Source: Mustelus asterias (lineage: Eukaryota). Taken from it: a stretch of DNA of 64,000 nt. Made by a program: the position numbers and the translations under genes. Shown here in pieces: positions 62,500 through 64,000 of this stretch. The notes below the pieces were generated by a model that did no database searches, was not told where the DNA came from, and saw nothing but the letters and a program-made list of their open reading frames with translations. The stretch lies in contig NC_135803.1 of assembly GCF_964213995.1 (NCBI RefSeq), forward strand, positions 63,426,001-63,490,000. The letters run 5' to 3'. How positions within the stretch are numbered: the first letter of the stretch is position 1; each line of letters begins with the position of its first letter.

Positions 62500-64000
62500 T
62501 TTGATTTGATTTATTGTCACACGTATTAGCATACAGTGAAAAGTATTGTTCTTGCACGCTATACAGACAAAGCATAGCATTCATAAAGAAGGAAACGAGA
62601 GAGTGCAGAATGTAGTGTCACAGTCATAGCTGGGGTGTAGAGAAAGATCAACTTAATGCAAGGTAGGTCCATTCAAAAGTCTGACAGCAGCAGAGAAGAT
62701 GCTGTTCTTGAGTTGGTTGGTACATGACCTCAGACTTTTGTATCTTTATCCCGACGAAAGAAGGTGGAAGAGAGAATGTCCAGGGGCGTGGGGTCCTTAA
62801 TTATGCCAACTGCTTTGCCGAGGCAGCAGGAAGTATAAACAGAGTCGATGGATGGGAGGCTGGTTTGCATGATGGATTGGGCTACATTCATGACCTTTTG
62901 TAGTTTCTTGCAGTCTAGGGCAGAGCAGGAGCCCATACCAAGCTGTGACACAACCAGAAAGAATTCTTTCCATGGTGCATCTGTAAAAGTTGGTGAGAGT
63001 GGTAGCTGACATGCCAAATTTTTTAAAAGCTTATTTATTAGTCACAAGGAAGGCTTACATTAACACTGCAATGAAGTTATTGTGAAATTCCCCTAATCGC
63101 CACAGTCCAACGCCTGTTCGGGTCAATGCAACTAACCAGCATGTCTGTCAAAATGTGGGAGGAACCCGGAGCACCCGAAGGAAAGCTATGCAGCCATGGG
63201 GAGAACATGCAAACTCCACACAGTGACCCAACTGCCGGGATTCGAACCCGGGTCCCTGGCACTGCGAAGCAGCAGTGCTAACCATTGTGCTACCTTAAGA
63301 CTTCTGAGAAAGTAGAGGTGTTGGTGGGCTTTCATAACTATAGTGTCAGCATGGGAGGACCAGGACAGATTGTTGGTGATCTGGACGCCTAAAAACTTGA
63401 AGCTCTCGACCCTTTCTACTTTGTCCCTGTTGATGTAGACAGGGGCATGTTCTCCTTTACACTTCCTGAAATTGATGACAATCTCCTTCATTTTGTTAAC
63501 GTTGAGGGAGAGATTACTGTCACCGCACCAGTTCACCAGATTTTCTATCTCATTCCTGTACTCTGTCTTGTCATTGTTTGAGATCCGACCCACTACGGTG
63601 GTGTCGTCCCCAAACTTGAAAATAGAGTTGGAGGGTAATTTGGCCACACAGTCATTGGTGTATAAGGAGTATAGTCGGGGGCTGAGAACACAGCCTTGTG
63701 GGGGGGGGCACTGGTGTTGAGGATGATCGTGGAGGAGGTGTTGTTGCCTATCCTTACTGATTGCGGTCTGTGTGTTAAGAAGTTCAGGATCCAGTCGCAG
63801 AGGGAGGATCCGAGGCCCAGGCCACAGAGTTTGGAGATGAGTTGGAATAATGATGTTGAAGGCTGTGCTGTAGTCAATAAATAGGAGTCTGACGTTTATT
63901 TCTTTGTTATTTAGGTGTTCCAGGTTTGAGTGCAGGGCCAGGGAGGTGCTGTGGACCTGTTGAGGCGGTAGGCAAACTGTAGTGGATGCAGGCAGTCCGG
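62500..64000 (-). mobile_element. Rex1/Babar-like LINE RT and 3' end, split by a SINE
   Basis: [19 protein letters not shown]; [18 protein letters not shown]; LTNFYRCTMERILSGCVTAWYG. Confidence 0.9.
63024..63294 (-). mobile_element. SINE (HE1-type head, second tail type) inserted in the LINE
   Basis: Reverse-complement A and B boxes (GGTTCGAATCC) and the alternative tail. Confidence 0.9.

Overview
This is vertebrate genomic DNA, almost certainly from a shark. The inference rests on about 15 HE1-type tRNA-derived SINEs together with CR1, L2, RTE, Rex-Babar, Tx1 and Penelope elements. Most of the window is nested, decayed transposons: two Gypsy LTR retrotransposons (~100-5550 minus; 48441-53944 plus), several solo LTRs, Harbinger-type MITEs with a Myb/SANT relic, and an ERV env-like fragment. 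I found no intact, recognisable cellular protein-coding gene, and nearly all ORFs in the track are TE remnants or noise. The main unique-sequence landmark is a CpG island at ~27.6-28.8 kb with two face-to-face TATA boxes and YY1 motifs. A candidate minus-strand transcript of very small exons runs from it (lncRNA/snoRNA-host-like, or a 98-aa microprotein) with a structured intronic RNA candidate. Scattered candidate plus-strand exons and a perfect RFX X-box plus NF-Y box (47.2 kb) lie downstream. The best-supported unusual signals are Penelope-borne minimal hammerhead ribozymes, including a TSD-flanked, ORF-less perfect 95-bp-arm palindrome carrying a hammerhead on each strand (39425-39656). 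All calls were made by eye; many TE boundaries are approximate and all exon calls are unverified predictions.
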